DNA from: Euprymna scolopes
Lineage: Eukaryota
NCBI GenBank assembly: GCA_053919585.1
Contig: CM132792.1
Reading direction: 5' to 3' (one strand)
Length of the DNA: 64,000 nt
A model generated the notes under the pieces. That model worked only from the letters and a program-made list of their open reading frames with translations, was not told the DNA's origin and did no database searches. Every line of letters begins with the position of its first letter. Within the stretch, counting starts at the first letter, position 1. Shown here in pieces: positions 23,534 to 36,292 of this stretch. A program made the translations under genes and the position numbers.

Positions 23534-25169
23534 CAGCAGCAACAAACGAAACAAAATGAATTGTCTTGTGATCCTTCGAATTTGGAAAGGAATTTGAAAA
23601 AAAATTGCTGCATAGAAAGTCATTTAAACTGGAATTTTAAAGCCCAATTATTTGACATATTAGTTTTGGTATTTATAAGCAATAAGTTTATAGATTAAAA
23701 CATTACCGTAATAACAAAATGAGTTAGTGTTTTATCGAGACTTGAAGATTAACTTGGCAGGATGATTTGAAGACTTTTAATCTTTACTTTCAAATAACGA
23801 AAACAAAATTTTCACTTCATGTTCAAATTTTTATCACTTCTCCTAATCCAACTTCTCATCATTTGTAACACGTACTGCAGAAAAAAAATGTATTATGATT
23901 GAGGATTGCTTTTCTTGCATTAATTTTAATTTTTATTTAAAAATAGATTGACTAATTTATTGTAATTTGTAATCAACTTAGGGTAAATATCAAATTATTT
24001 AAAAATGAGTATCGTCAACTATGCCTACTTAAGACATTTAGGTACAATATAATCCTTTTTAAACCTGTGTTTTTTTTTTTAAATTGGAATTCATTCTTGA
24101 AACGTCGTGAAACAACTAATAAAGATGAGAATAATAGTCCGCAATAAATAAATTCATATAAACTATATATTTTTTTTTTTAAAACTTTTTTTTTATTTAA
24201 TTAAATTCAAGAAATTCCTTGAATGTAATTCTGAATTAGTTGATCTTTATCTGGAGAATGCTCTCTGCCTTTTCAATGTGTTTACCCTTACTGAAGAGCT
24301 TTTAAGAGAACTAATACATAAAGGATGTCAAGTGGAATCGTCAGACTCCATACCATCTTCCATTTATTTTCTTGCAGAAGATGTGGATGTTACCAAGCAA
24401 GAAAGAAACTGCATATTTATTTAAATGCACAATTTCACATGCATCTGCGTTCTTTGATGTGCATCATTAGATTGTATCAGAACTCTTATAATCTAACCAA
24501 CCTCTAACCTCTTGACTAATGAAGTGCTCACAATGATCACCATCCAGAAACTTCCAGACAAGGAAGCTAGTTGAACGCACCAAGCATGCTATTTCACTTG
24601 ATGCCTTTCGGCATGCTGTAGTACACTAGAGATATAAATTTCCATCTTTTCAACTATTCTTATTAACCCCCCCCCCCCCCCAACTTCAAAGCATTCATTT
24701 TTTTTATGATTTCAGTTTGATGAAAGTGAAAACCTATCGTTTTGTTTCCCATTTTTTCATCTTTGAATTATTAAAGAATTTGAATAGCATTAGGTAATTT
24801 TTTTTTTTTTTTCTTGTCATTTTATTGACTTATGTGAATAGAGCTATGTACAAGAAGCTCAAAGCCGTTTGAATTATTTAAATACTATCAGTGGTTCAAG
24901 TTCTAAGCTTTTAATACTAATTTAAAATTGGTTTTTAATCTATTGGAGTTTACTGAGGTCTTCTAGTAACTTGAATTCTCTGATTCATCTGTGTTAACTT
25001 GTTGGCCGTATCTATAAAACCTTAAATTCTTATTTGGAATTTAACATGCTGACTTTTTATAAGTTCACTTGAATTTTATTATTGAATGAATGAAAACCAA
25101 AAATTATTGAATGTTTCGAAACTGAAAAATGATTTGATTTTAATGCATTTTCATTATTTGGATTATTAT

Positions 25170-25490
25170 TAATAACTCCGTGTTTTTTCACAATTTCGGC
25201 CAAATGTAATCGCCAATGTTCAGGTGCATATTTCATGAATCAAACGTATATGCAATTTCGAACTGAACCCATTATTGAATCCATGTTTTTGTTTCCTTTG
25301 TTATAATCATGTGTGATAAGTTTTGTTGTTCTGAATTTATTAGTACTTGTGAAGATTGAACGTTCAATCTCAGAATTAATTGTACTCTATGCCTTTATCT
25401 GTTGCACTGCATGCTCATACGTTTGAAAGGTGCACCTGAAGAAGGTCAGCGTTTACACCAAGATGAGAATAGTAGTTTGACTAATACAAA
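25170..25490 (-). mobile_element. tRNA-head/Penelope-tail element (minus strand) with an inverted partial tail next to its 5' end
   Basis: Minus copy TGCACCTGAA..TTACATTTGGCCGAAATTGTG with B-box remnant near 25355; plus-strand partial tail GCACCTGAAGAAGG..AAGATGAGAATAGTAGTT at 25432-25480. Confidence 0.6.
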
Positions 25491-25548
25491 GTTATGGTTT
25501 TGTAATTGTTGTTCAATAAACGAAAACCCAAATGTGCTGCTAATAATA

Positions 25549-26560
25549 TCAGGTTGACAAAGTTCTTGCAGTTTTTAACTTTTAAATTCAGATGAACATA
25601 TCTCAGCTGCAACAAAAATCTATTGATCGAAATAAGCACAATACACTTTTGCCAATGCAAAACAAGTGTATTTATGCCAGTAATGTAAAAATCTTGCGTT
25701 CTGGTGGTGATGAAGGCGTTTTATATTGCTTAGGTTTTTGAAGAATTTCTCATGCAAAAAGTTGATGCTTGAAAAAAAGTGGTATTCAGTAGGTGAGAGG
25801 TCTGGAGAGTATGTCAGATAAGGTAGTTTTGTAGCCTAATTCATTCAACTTCTGTAGGGTCGGTTTAGCAAAATGCAGTCTAACATTATCATGAAGGAGA
25901 ATTGGGCCTTTTCTGTTGACTAATGCTTGTTGTTGTTGAAATTTCTGATGTATTTTATCCATTTGTTGACAGTACTTCTTCGTTGTAATGGTTTTGCTTG
26001 CATTAAAAAAACTAATGGATGAGACTGGTCGCAGACTACGAAACAGTCAGCATGACCTTCTTTTAGTGTAACTCTCGCTTCGGGAAGTGTCATGGTGTTT
26101 TGTCGATGTCTAACCACTGAGTTTAGCATCCCCGGTTGTCATAAAGAACCCAGTTTTCATTGCAAATCACAACCTGGTCGAGAAACAGGTTCTTGTTGCG
26201 TAAGAGGGGAAGATGGCACTTCATTTTGGTCGTCATTCAGTTCGTAAGCTATCCATTTATCAAGTTTTTTGTCTTTCTAGTCTCTCTCAAAATTTTGGAA
26301 ATCATTGTATACGTTACGTCTAATTCAGAAGCAAATTGTCGAACAATTGTGTGGATTGGCTTTGATTAATGCTCTTAATTGACTGTTAATATCTGATGGC
26401 CGACAACTACACTCCTCATCAAGACTCTTGCCGTCGCCAAATATTTGTTTGTTTAAAATGGTGTGTTCATACTGTCCCCGCATTTCACCCACATTTTTTT
26501 CTGTGTAGTTGCATTTACTCTGGGTCGCTTGACCAATTAAATGACGAATGTTAAGATGAT
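25549..26560 (-). mobile_element. Decayed mariner transposon
   Basis: End TA-TCAGGTTGACAAAGTTCTTGCAGTTTTT; minus-strand remnants SLDEECSCRPSDINSQLRALIKANPH and other mariner-like blocks. Confidence 0.7.
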
Positions 26561-26959
26561 TGACGGATGGTATCACTTCCATCTGTAGTCATATGCACTG
26601 ATGAGTGTGCATCCTGCATCATTGTTCTCAGCCACATTTTGAGTCATCCATCATATTGCTTCTTCCTGTTTCAAAATGGAACTGGATTGATGATTCTCCT
26701 GATGGATGCTGATGTGCATGATTGAATCAGCAAATATTTCTCATGAGAAGAGCTTCTGAAGAGAGGATATTCAGCACTGTGCACGGACGGCTCTATTCAA
26801 AATGAACTGCCGATAGTGAACTTGGAAAATGCAATGTAAATGCTAGTGATCAAAGATTTCCAGTTTGCAAATGCTTGCCGCTCTAACTGACTAGAACTTA
26901 CATCCAAAGAGAATGGTACGAGCAAGAGCTTCATAAATTTGGATCTTCGTAACTTTATT

Positions 26960-27430
26960 TCTGACCTGGACCACAATCAAGATTGTAGGAGGTAAAAGCA
27001 AAGCTACCATTTATATCTTCCCATGTCTTCAACCTGTCGCAGTGATAAATCCAAGGTATTCACCCATGTATGAAGTAGTGCTACCTAACCACTAGTCTCT
27101 CTTCGATATTGCTAAATAGTCTCTAAGCTAATAAATCCTGCAATTTCTATCAAGCCTCAGCGCATTCTATTGCTGCGATGTTGCATCTCTGTGCTCGTTT
27201 TACAAGTATTTCAATCGAACGTGCTCTGACGGGCTTACTGCACTTGTACCTCTCTCTTCAAACATTAATACCCCAATTAATGTTTCATAACAAAATCCCA
27301 CCCATTCACTAGAGTTCCCAAGATGCAAAATAAACGCTCTATCCAAATACCTTGCACCACTTGTTCTTTAAATTCATCTTCTGCCTCCAATTTCCTTGAT
27401 TGTACCAACATGCATAAATTTGAATTTAAT
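26960..27430 (+). mobile_element. Decayed CR1-type LINE 3' fragment
   Basis: Remnant DVASLCSFYKYFNRTCSDGLTALVP, similar to the 3' region of the 46504-48203 copy. Confidence 0.6.
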
Positions 27431-27999
27431 CTGAACATCTTGACGGACAACTCACCAATTAGGATACCTACTATAAATTTGACCCCTAATCATATTAATC
27501 CTTTACATCTTGGTGGTAATATGCTTTGGAGTTTAGTAAGGCATAAAAAAAATATTTTCTTTGGTCTGTAATGCTCAAGTTTGAAATAGTATTTACTTCA
27601 CTAAATCATGAATGGACACATAAAAACAATTTTTTCTTTCAGCATTAAATAATTTTGATGTTCTAAGAGAAATCAAAGTTCAAATGGGTTACCAAACTAA
27701 TTAAATTTATTATTAACCTAAGAGGCTGTCTGGCATTGTGTGGTCATAAAATATGCTTAAATATATTGGGTTGCCAGTTCTGTTATAGAAGTGTTGATTT
27801 AATTTGAATAAAATACAATACGTATCAGGTGTGCTTGAAAGCCAAATTACAATGCAATATTACAAAAACAAACAAATATTTTACTTGTTTGAAATTTATA
27901 ATTTAAATATATTTCGGAGTTAAACTCCATCCTCAGTATTTTTGTTTCTTTTTTTTTTTCTTCTTTCTTGCCATGGTGTAAAGTTGGAAAAAAAGTTAG

Positions 28000-28467
28000 T
28001 AGTAAAGATTTGCGCGTTGTCTCCCAGCGGTTATATTTTGAAATGCCGGGAACGGTACGTTGGCTATGCGAAATTAACATCAGGAGTATGAATTCCGTTA
28101 TATAAGCATTGATTTAATTTGAATAAAATATGCATGCATATTTTATTTTATTTAAATTAAATATATTTTATTTATGCAAATTTCATATTATTAAACCAAT
28201 ACTCTATTGATTATTATATTGTACCCAATATAATAATAGTGGTCACAAAAGTTAATAATAAAAAAGCTTTAGTGCCATCAGCTAGAATTGAAGCCAAAAC
28301 ATTCAGCACTTCATCCTTGTTCGTTACCATCGCAGCTATTTCTATTCACTAAAAACCAAATTGAATTTGTTCAACAGGTCCAAATATCTTGAATATAAAG
28401 TTTTAAGTCTGTAGATAAAAAATTGATAGTTTAGTAGAGACTGTTCTTTACACACAGAAGATCACTT

Positions 28468-28490
<23 letters not shown>
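28000..28490 (-). mobile_element. Helitron-like non-autonomous element with a tRNA-like internal segment (related to 40640-41198)
   Basis: Reverse complement shares CTAT(T)ATATATTGGGT(A/C)CAATATAATAA..TGCATAAAT and GCT(A/G)AATGTTTTGG(C/T)TTC(A/G)ATTCT with the 41 kb copy; 5' end TATATAAAAGTGA. Confidence 0.5.
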
Positions 28491-28499
<9 letters not shown>

Positions 28500-29525
28500 G
28501 CGATACGTTTTGAATGAATTCATTTATTTATACATAAGTGCATTTTTACCTAAATGCGAGTTGAGAATAATTTTCCCTTTGACCAATTTGTTACCGCAAA
28601 ATGGGGAGTGGCATATATATTTTTAAAAGATAATTATCCACTGATATATGTTTCGTTTACGACTCCTCAGCCACTCTGAGTCGTAGATGACAAAACATGT
28701 CAGTGGATAATTGTTTGTGTGTTAGAATACTTTGCTTGCACGTGAACAAACCTTTGCTGCACAACTCCCTACTTAGGATACCCCTATTATAAATCTAGTT
28801 CCTTATTACAATAACTGTTATGTCTCTGTGCAAATATTCCTTAATCACATTGCAATGAAACTTTGCTGAAAATCATCAGATTCTTTTCAAGGTTTTTCTT
28901 TATCAATCGATCGTTTTAAAATGTGTTCATTTTCTTTCCACATTTCCTTATAAGAAGTTGTGAACCATTCGAGATTTGACAAAAAAAAAAAATCAGTGTT
29001 TGCATTTTGAGTATCGCATGTGTAAAAAAAAAAAAAAAAAAAAAAGTAGACACTAGTTTATACTGGTCTGCTTTTCAAAAAAAGATGCCAATATTAGAAT
29101 ATTTTCAACTTTTTAGATAGTTCTAAGCATCAACCTTGTGTAACCTCTTAAATGACACAAATGTATTGGTAAACTGAATACAACTGGCTTTATTCCAACC
29201 CTAATCTTCTTTGCTGCTGCTAAATCTAAGAATGTTTTAAGAAATGTGAAACTGCATAAACTAGAAAGAGAATGAAAACCTATAAACCTGCCATTTTTAA
29301 AATAGAATCTAAATATATAAAAAGTAACAAACTACCAAAATAGTCGTTCAGATCAGAATTGTTTTTGTTTTTTCAATATTTTTTTAATTTTTTAGTTGAT
29401 GTAAAATCCTTAAAATGGGCCTTGGTTCTATATTTTAAATTTAGTTATATTTATCAGAACTGGGATTTGTAGACAAAATCCTCCACTAAATCCAACTTCT
29501 TTCACTAGTTATAATAGAAGATATA

Positions 29526-30694
29526 TCTAATATATAAAAGGCAAAATGTGTGTATGTTTGCGTTAAAAACTTTTAACACACGTGACGGATCCTGACCAGA
29601 TCAGTATCGTTTTAAAGCTCAATCTTTCAAGTCTAACGACAAATATTGAAAAATTGGCCCAAAACATTAATTCCTTCACCCTCAACTGGGCAGTTTTTTA
29701 CAAGGAGGGGTTGATTTTTGCGTCAACATTTTCATTGTCTCGGTTGGATTAACTACGCTTAATTTCAACCTTCTGGACTTTCGGTCGTGCCATAGACATC
29801 GGCTAAGATATCAGGATTTTTTTTTTTTTATCTTTCTCCTTCACGTTACGGGCTCAAGCCTACCTGCGTACTATCACTTTTTTTTTTTTTTTAAACCTCT
29901 CTACACTCAGGCTGCCTACTGTTGTTTTGACCCCTCCCTCTGCTATTACCACGTTTTTACCTCCCCCCCCCCGTTTCCTTACTGCACCACCTACACACAC
30001 CCAAGAAACGCTAGGCACTCCCGCTACTACCACTTTTTTACCCCCCTCCCCCTTATTACACCATCTCTCCACACCCGTGCAACGCTGGGTACCTCCTTTG
30101 TGTTATGGGTTCGAGCCTGCTTGTCAACTACCCCCTCCCCCCATTTTTTTTTTTGATGGGGTTCCTTACTACACCACCTACACACACCCGGGCAACGCCG
30201 GCACCCACGCTGGTCTATAATATAAAAGGCAAAATGTGTGCATGCTTTTTGTATGTCTGCCAATAACTTTCGACACATGTGACGGATCCTAACGAGATCG
30301 GTATCATTTTGAAGCGACGTCTTGGATGATAAATATAGAAAAATTGGCCGAAAACATTAATTCCTTCACCCGCAGTTATCTACAAGGAGGGGTCGATTTT
30401 TTTTCGGCAACATTTTTGCAAGTCATTGTCTCTGTTGGATTGACTACACTTAATTTCAACACTTGGGACTTCTGGTTTCGTCATAGACGCATCGGCTAAA
30501 ACGTCATGTTTTTTCATCCTTCATTGTATGAGTTCGGGCCTGCTTGCCTACTTCCACTTTTAACATCTCTCTCCACCCAGGCTGCCTACTATTGTTTTGT
30601 CCCCCTGCCCCATATGGCTACTACTACTTTTTTTTCCGGGTTCCTTACTACACCACCTCGACACAACTGGGTTAACGTCGGGTACCCCTGCTAG
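29526..30694 (+). mobile_element. Head-to-tail tandem of two non-autonomous Helitrons (29526-30213, 30214-30694)
   Basis: Each starts TCTA..TATAAAAGGCAAAATGTGTG and ends with a GC-rich hairpin (CCCGGGCAACGCCGG; degenerate in copy 2) plus CTGG or CTAG; junction CTGG|TC. Confidence 0.82.
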
Positions 30695-30958
30695 TATATA
30701 TATAAAAGGTAAAAATGCATTTCTTGACCAAAAATTGATTTATTCTCAAAATACTTCAAATAGAAAATTTTTGAACTCATTTGCTGAATGATGCTCATTT
30801 GAAGAAGCTGCATGAAACTTCCATGCAGGTAATTACTTAATTAAATACTATATCTTTGTTAAAACGCCAAAATACTATATCTTTGTTAAAACGCCAAAAT
30901 ACTATATCTTTGTTAAAACGCCAAAATACTATATCTTTGTTAAAACGCAAAAATACTA

Positions 30959-32258
30959 CAGGGTGAACAGAAAGTCCTTCGACCAATTCAAAAGTGGTTT
31001 ATTAATAGAAAATTACAAAAATATAAATTAAACATGAATGAAAATTATTAGTTAGGAAACCAAGAATAAATTCAAATTATTCATTTTCAATGTGATGTCC
31101 CTTCTTTTCGATTAGACGTTCAATTCTCTGTCTGAAGTTACCAACCGAGGCACACAGCGTTTCCTTAGGTATTTTAGCCCATTCACTCAGAAGAGATGTC
31201 TTCAAAGCATCAACACTTGGATGAGCAACAGAACAAACCTTTGCTTCCAACAAAGACCGCACCGAAAAATCCATTGGATTCAAATCAGGCGATGCAGGAG
31301 GCCACATCTCCTTACTCCAGAATCTTGGAAAATGACGTTGGCACCAGTCCCGAGTTTTTCTGGAGGCGTGGGATGGTGCTCCATCTTGTTGGAAGGTGAA
31401 AGGCTGATCTTTGAAGTGTTTCTTCATCTCTTCAAATGCTGGAACTAAAATATCGTTAATGTAGCGATCTGTGTTGATCTTAACCCCCTGCTCCACAAAA
31501 ATCAGAGGCGACTTCCAAGATTTGGAGACTGCAGCCCACACCATGAGGGAAGATGGCTTTTGTCGGCGGAAAACTATTCTCACGGAGTCATCAATGTCTG
31601 CTGAAGATTTTGCATAGACTCTGTCGTTCTGATTGTTTACAGTCGCTTCAATTGTGAAGAGTTTTTCATAAGAAAAAAACGATCTCCCGCTCTGCCGTGC
31701 CAGCCTTCAGTTCTCCAAGAAGAAGCTTTGCTCTTTCAAGTCTCTTGTGCTTTTGGGCAGGTGTGAGGTACTGTCTTTCTCATCTTGTAGGGGGACAACT
31801 GGAGATCGTTTTTTACGATGGTTCTTATCGAGGTCACGCTCACATGCATGTCTTTAGCCATTTGTCTTGCAGATCTCTTCGGGTTCCTCCTTACCCTCTC
31901 TCGGACAGCTTTAATCACCTACTTTGTTCGAGCAGTGCGAGGTCTTCCACTCCTAGGACGGTCTTCAGATGTACCAAGTTCCTTAAATCTGTTCACAACA
32001 TGGTACATGGTGGATTTAGCCACTTTCAAGAGCTTAATAATCTCTGAGTTTGTCCTTCCCGCGCAATGAAGCTCAATTATGGCCTCTCGTTTGCTCATTT
32101 TTCTGAAAGTTTAAACAAAATTATTTTAATATTTTTGTTGAAAATAATTAGATCAATAGTTAGACTAAATACTTACGTTAATCGAAAAGAGAAAAAGTGA
32201 TTTTAACAATATTTAATTTTAAAACTAAAAATGGTCCAAAGACTTTCTGTTCACCCTA
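30959..32258 (-). mobile_element. Full-length defective maT (DD37D) transposon, 1300 bp
   Basis: TIRs CAGGGTGAACAGAAAGTCCTTCGACCA / TGGTCCAAAGACTTTCTGTTCACCCTA; TA TSD inside a minisatellite unit. Confidence 0.95.
31077..32098 (-). pseudogene. DD37D transposase with a stop, frameshifts and first catalytic D changed to Y
   Basis: MSKREAIIELH..RSGRPRTART*, FSYEKLF, MVWAAV, FQQDGAPSH..WPPASPDLNPMD (37 residues between second and third D). Confidence 0.92.
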
Positions 32259-32491
32259 TATATCTTTGTTAAAACGCCAAAATACTATATCTTTGTTAAA
32301 ACGCCAAAATACTATATCTTTGTTAAAACGCCAAAATACTATATCTTTGTTAAAACGCCAAAATACTATATCTTTGTTAAAACGCCAAAATACTATATCT
32401 TTGTTAAAACGCCAAAATACTATATCTTTGTTAAAACGCCAAAATACTATATCTTTGTTAAAACGCCAAAATACTATATCTTTGTTAAAAC

Positions 32492-33330
32492 ACAAGATTA
32501 AATCATGAAATTTGTCATGAAAATGTATTTTTGTGCAAGGAACTCAAATATGACGCTGAAATTCCAAGTAATATGCAGTAAATGCACATAAATATGTTGC
32601 AATATCATAAAATGTCCATCTGTGCATTAAAAAAGAAAGAACTCAAGGTTGAATTGTAATGCATTTTATAATACAAGAAACTGAAATCTAATACTAGCAC
32701 TATTTAAAAATGAATATATTGAAAGATTTCTTTGGTATTATTGTTAAATCGTCCCAAGTTGCCTCTCCAAAATATGCCCCCCCCCTTTTTTAAGCAATTA
32801 CATTTGAATAGTGAAAAACTTGGCAGAAATAAAAACATAATGTAAAATAATTTTAGAATTTAGGGTCCTTCTAATGTTTTAGGGCAGTATGATGAAATAA
32901 ATCCTGTGAGTTTTTAAAGACCATTATGTCCGTTTTTAAGTGTGTCTTTCTAGGAGGGGAGGAGTCTTGTTACCCAGACTTTGAGTTGGTGGTGGTAGGG
33001 CTTAGTGGCAATTACATGCGAACATTCTGAAAACTGGGCAGAAAGAAAAGAACAAAACAAAAATATTTTAGAGTGGTGGATTAGTTTTGCATATAAATCT
33101 AATGCAAACTAATTCACCATGTTCACACCCTTCTAATATTTTAGAGCAGTTAATTTGTTTTTTATAAGAGACAAATTGTGCGATTTTTAGGGCATGCAGA
33201 ATCTTGTTTTAGATGATTAGGTGTGGGTTTTAAGATGGTTTGTATGATAGGGGACTTACCACACTGGCTGAGGGTTAGTAATACAGTTATAAGAAATTTT
33301 TTTTCAGAGTGTGACTTGTCACTTGGAGTT
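32492..33330. repeat. Unclassified interspersed repeat; second copy at ~42630-43890 is interrupted by a Helitron
   Basis: Shared blocks TATCTTTGTTAAAACACAAGAT..TGAAATTTG..GTTGAATTGTAATGCATTTTAT..TTTCTTTGGTATTATTG..TAATTCACCAT. Confidence 0.65.
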
Positions 33331-33409
33331 AAGGTTAATGGTATGACAGGTACAAGGAAGGCACGTTTAGAAAGTAGACTTGTCATCCGGACCTAGATTG
33401 TGTTATAGA

Positions 33410-33467
<58 letters not shown>

Positions 33468-35866
33468 ATTCAGATCGAAAAATATAAAGAAAACTACTCT
33501 AAAAGGCAAGAATGATCGGGAAATGGGGTTTCATTATACATTAATTATATGCAAAAATGATCTCTCTTTACTCTCAGTTCGAAAATTTTTTTATTTGTTT
33601 TTTTTTTGTTCACTTTATTTTATTTTTTTTTTAAGGGGTATTCACATATTGCCTAAAAGAGAAGAATTTTTAGTTTTTTTCTAATTGGCAGCTATAAAGT
33701 TCTTTATTAATACAATTAAAGTTTGAAAGATAAATACATTTAAAAACCAATATTTCGTTATAAAAGAATCACAAATTGCATTAATTTTTAACAAATTTTT
33801 TTAAAATAAACATAGTTCACAAAACTTGTTTCAAACTAAGCTGACAACTGCGGCTGTTGTAATTATTATCACTATTAAAATTGTTTTTGCTGAAAACTGG
33901 TTACAATTTGTGGGGAGATTCTATTTAAAAACAATTCATACCAAAACAAAAATCAACTCATAATTATAATTTTAACGTATAAAAATAATAAAAACATTAA
34001 TTTACTCATTACTTGGGCTACGTAAAAATATTTCACAAAAAAATGTTCGAAACGCGTCATGTTAAAGTTTTCTTTTTAAGACAAAAAGACGAATGGATCA
34101 ATTTATTTCATACCCTGACAATGAGATTGATGTTTTTTCTAATTGTTTTCTAAATTTTATGACGAAATTCCTCATAGGCAGTGGTACTGAGCTTCTAAAC
34201 CCTGCTTGGAGTAAAGAAATATCTTACGCAGAAAGGCTGCTACATAGTATTAATGTTTTTATCATTACTTTCCTAAAAATTGTTCAGATATTTCATATAG
34301 ATTATTTATTAAAGCATGGGAAAGGATGTTCATTTCCAAACAAAATGGTGTTTTGAAGATTTAGAGTGCTTTATTTTCTGAAATATTATTTTAGTAGAAC
34401 TACCTTGAAATTTTGAAAGTATTTTTTATGGTCAGTGGACGTTACTACTTCACATTTGAGCACTATTTTGATCCTGGCAGTCAGTTTTTCTTTGATATTA
34501 CTGGCCGTATGATTGTTTTTTTTTTTTTTTTCCCCAACTACACCCTACACCTAATAGTTTGTGGGGTTGCAATCAGATAGAAGCAGCAATGGTGGTATTG
34601 TAGTTCTCAGACACTTCTGTATTTTTCCCCAAGGATGTTATATGGAGCTGAGTCCTGCTACCACACATATGGCCTCCATTCATTACAGTCTCCTCTCAGC
34701 ACTTGACAACAATGGATAGCAAGTCAGTATAGCTATCTAAATTGAGTCTATGTCCCTGTTTGAAGATCTGGGGTGGCATGTGGCCTTAACTGAAAACACA
34801 CTCGACTTTCACAGTTTGAAAGCACTTGGTCTTCATAAGTTAAAACTTTGTATAGACTGAAGGCTAGCAGCTTCTTCTACACATTGTGCAACTGGTCCTG
34901 ACAAAAGTTCTGCTTGTCTAAGAACCAGACCATCCTTCATCTGACTAGGTGTTTAACCTTATTAAATATCTTGGCTTTCATGATAGTTCATTTGGATTTT
35001 GATAGGGAATAATTAGCATTTCGACTCTTGCATGAGGAAAAGCAAAAATCCTTCAATGATTTCTTCATAGTCGATGCCTATCTCTCAAGCCAATATCTAC
35101 ATTGCCTTTGCTATTTTTCTTCAGCTTGACAAATTTTGTGCTTACACAGAATGTCTATGATCCTTCTTGCTAGCCACTGCTTCCACATCTTGTAATTCTC
35201 CAGCAACTTGCATCTCCCGACCTTCAAAGTATTAAAGCCTCATTAAACTGTAGCTAAGACTCCGATTTTTGAATCTGATGCAAATTATGATGCAGGTCAA
35301 TTTCTAAAAGCTGTCAAATGCATACCAACATGTAAACTTGTGTGAACCTGAATTGGATGATCTTTTAAATAGCTTATCTCTGATTATAGTTTTGATTGAT
35401 GAATCTCATCATTAATCAAATTCCAATTTTGGTTATGAACTGGATTCTGTAATTTACATCTTTGTGATCACCCAAAAAGCTTTTAAACGTCTTCCTCTTT
35501 TTAATTTTGTTAATAAATTTTCAGTCTTTTTCCAAACTCCAAACCAAATTAATTGGTTGATTGAAGCCATACAATAAGACATGCTTATCATGAACATTTA
35601 CTGATTTAGCAACATTTATTCTATTCATCAATTAAAGATGTGCAACAAGGTCGTACCATACTTTTGGAATATGATTGTATTAATATTAAAGTTGTTGTAA
35701 TGTTGATTATAATGTTCTTTTAAACTTGAAATATTTTAATTTATGTGGAAAATGTTCATATATTTTACTTGTGCAAAATATATTCTAAAATATTTATTGG
35801 TTTTGGGATTGAATTAGATTTGAAAAAAAATTCATTTTAATTGTTCTAGTTGTCCTTAATTTGTAA

Positions 35867-36292
35867 TCTATATATCTATAAAAGTGAACGTGTCTGTCTG
35901 TCTGTGTGTCTGTCTGTCTGTGTACATTTCCCTACGCAATAACTCTGTCAATTTTTAGTCTATAGACTCGAAATTTGAAATACCGGGTACTGAGATTTGG
36001 GAAAATCGATGTGACTGGTGTCAGCCAGAAATTTGGCTGTTAAGGGGTCAAATTTCAACGATTTGACCTTTAAGAACTCTACCAAACTCCTCCGACAATT
36101 TTGGGTCTATACCCTTGAAATTTTAGATATAGGTTTCGTGGACATGGATCTAACGTAATAACTTGATTTGAGGCCAAAACAATAAATTTTCAGGGGTCAT
36201 AATAGGGGTCAAAGTTTAAAAAATTACCCCCTTTTTTTTTTTGCTCAGCATACACCTCTAAACACCCGGGCAATGCCGGGCACCCATGCTAG
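35867..36292 (+). mobile_element. Non-autonomous Helitron
   Basis: A|TC start, (TGTC)n microsatellite near the 5' end, hairpin CCCGGGCAATGCCGGG then CTAG|T; no TSD. Confidence 0.85.

Larger units (their letters stand above)
30843..32491. repeat. 27-bp minisatellite (~13 units) split by a transposon
   Basis: Unit AAATACTATATCTTTGTTAAAACGCCA; ~4.3 copies at 30843-30958 and ~9 at 32259-32491. Confidence 0.95.

Noticed and set aside
29860-30278. Pro/Thr-rich and Gly/Val-rich ORFs
   Set aside because: They lie in the low-complexity interior of a non-autonomous Helitron.
30843-32491. CRISPR-like appearance of the 27-bp repeats (also the 58-bp palindromic repeats at 2483-2656)
   Set aside because: Units are directly adjacent with no unique spacers, no cas genes, and the context is eukaryotic.
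32197-32508. ORFs with repeated peptides (ISLLKRQNT)n and (FNKDIVFWR)n
   Set aside because: Translation of a stop-free 27-bp minisatellite; no gene context.
34540-35420. Possible decayed minus-strand LINE
   Set aside because: Composition suggests an old retroelement but no diagnostic motif could be read with confidence.
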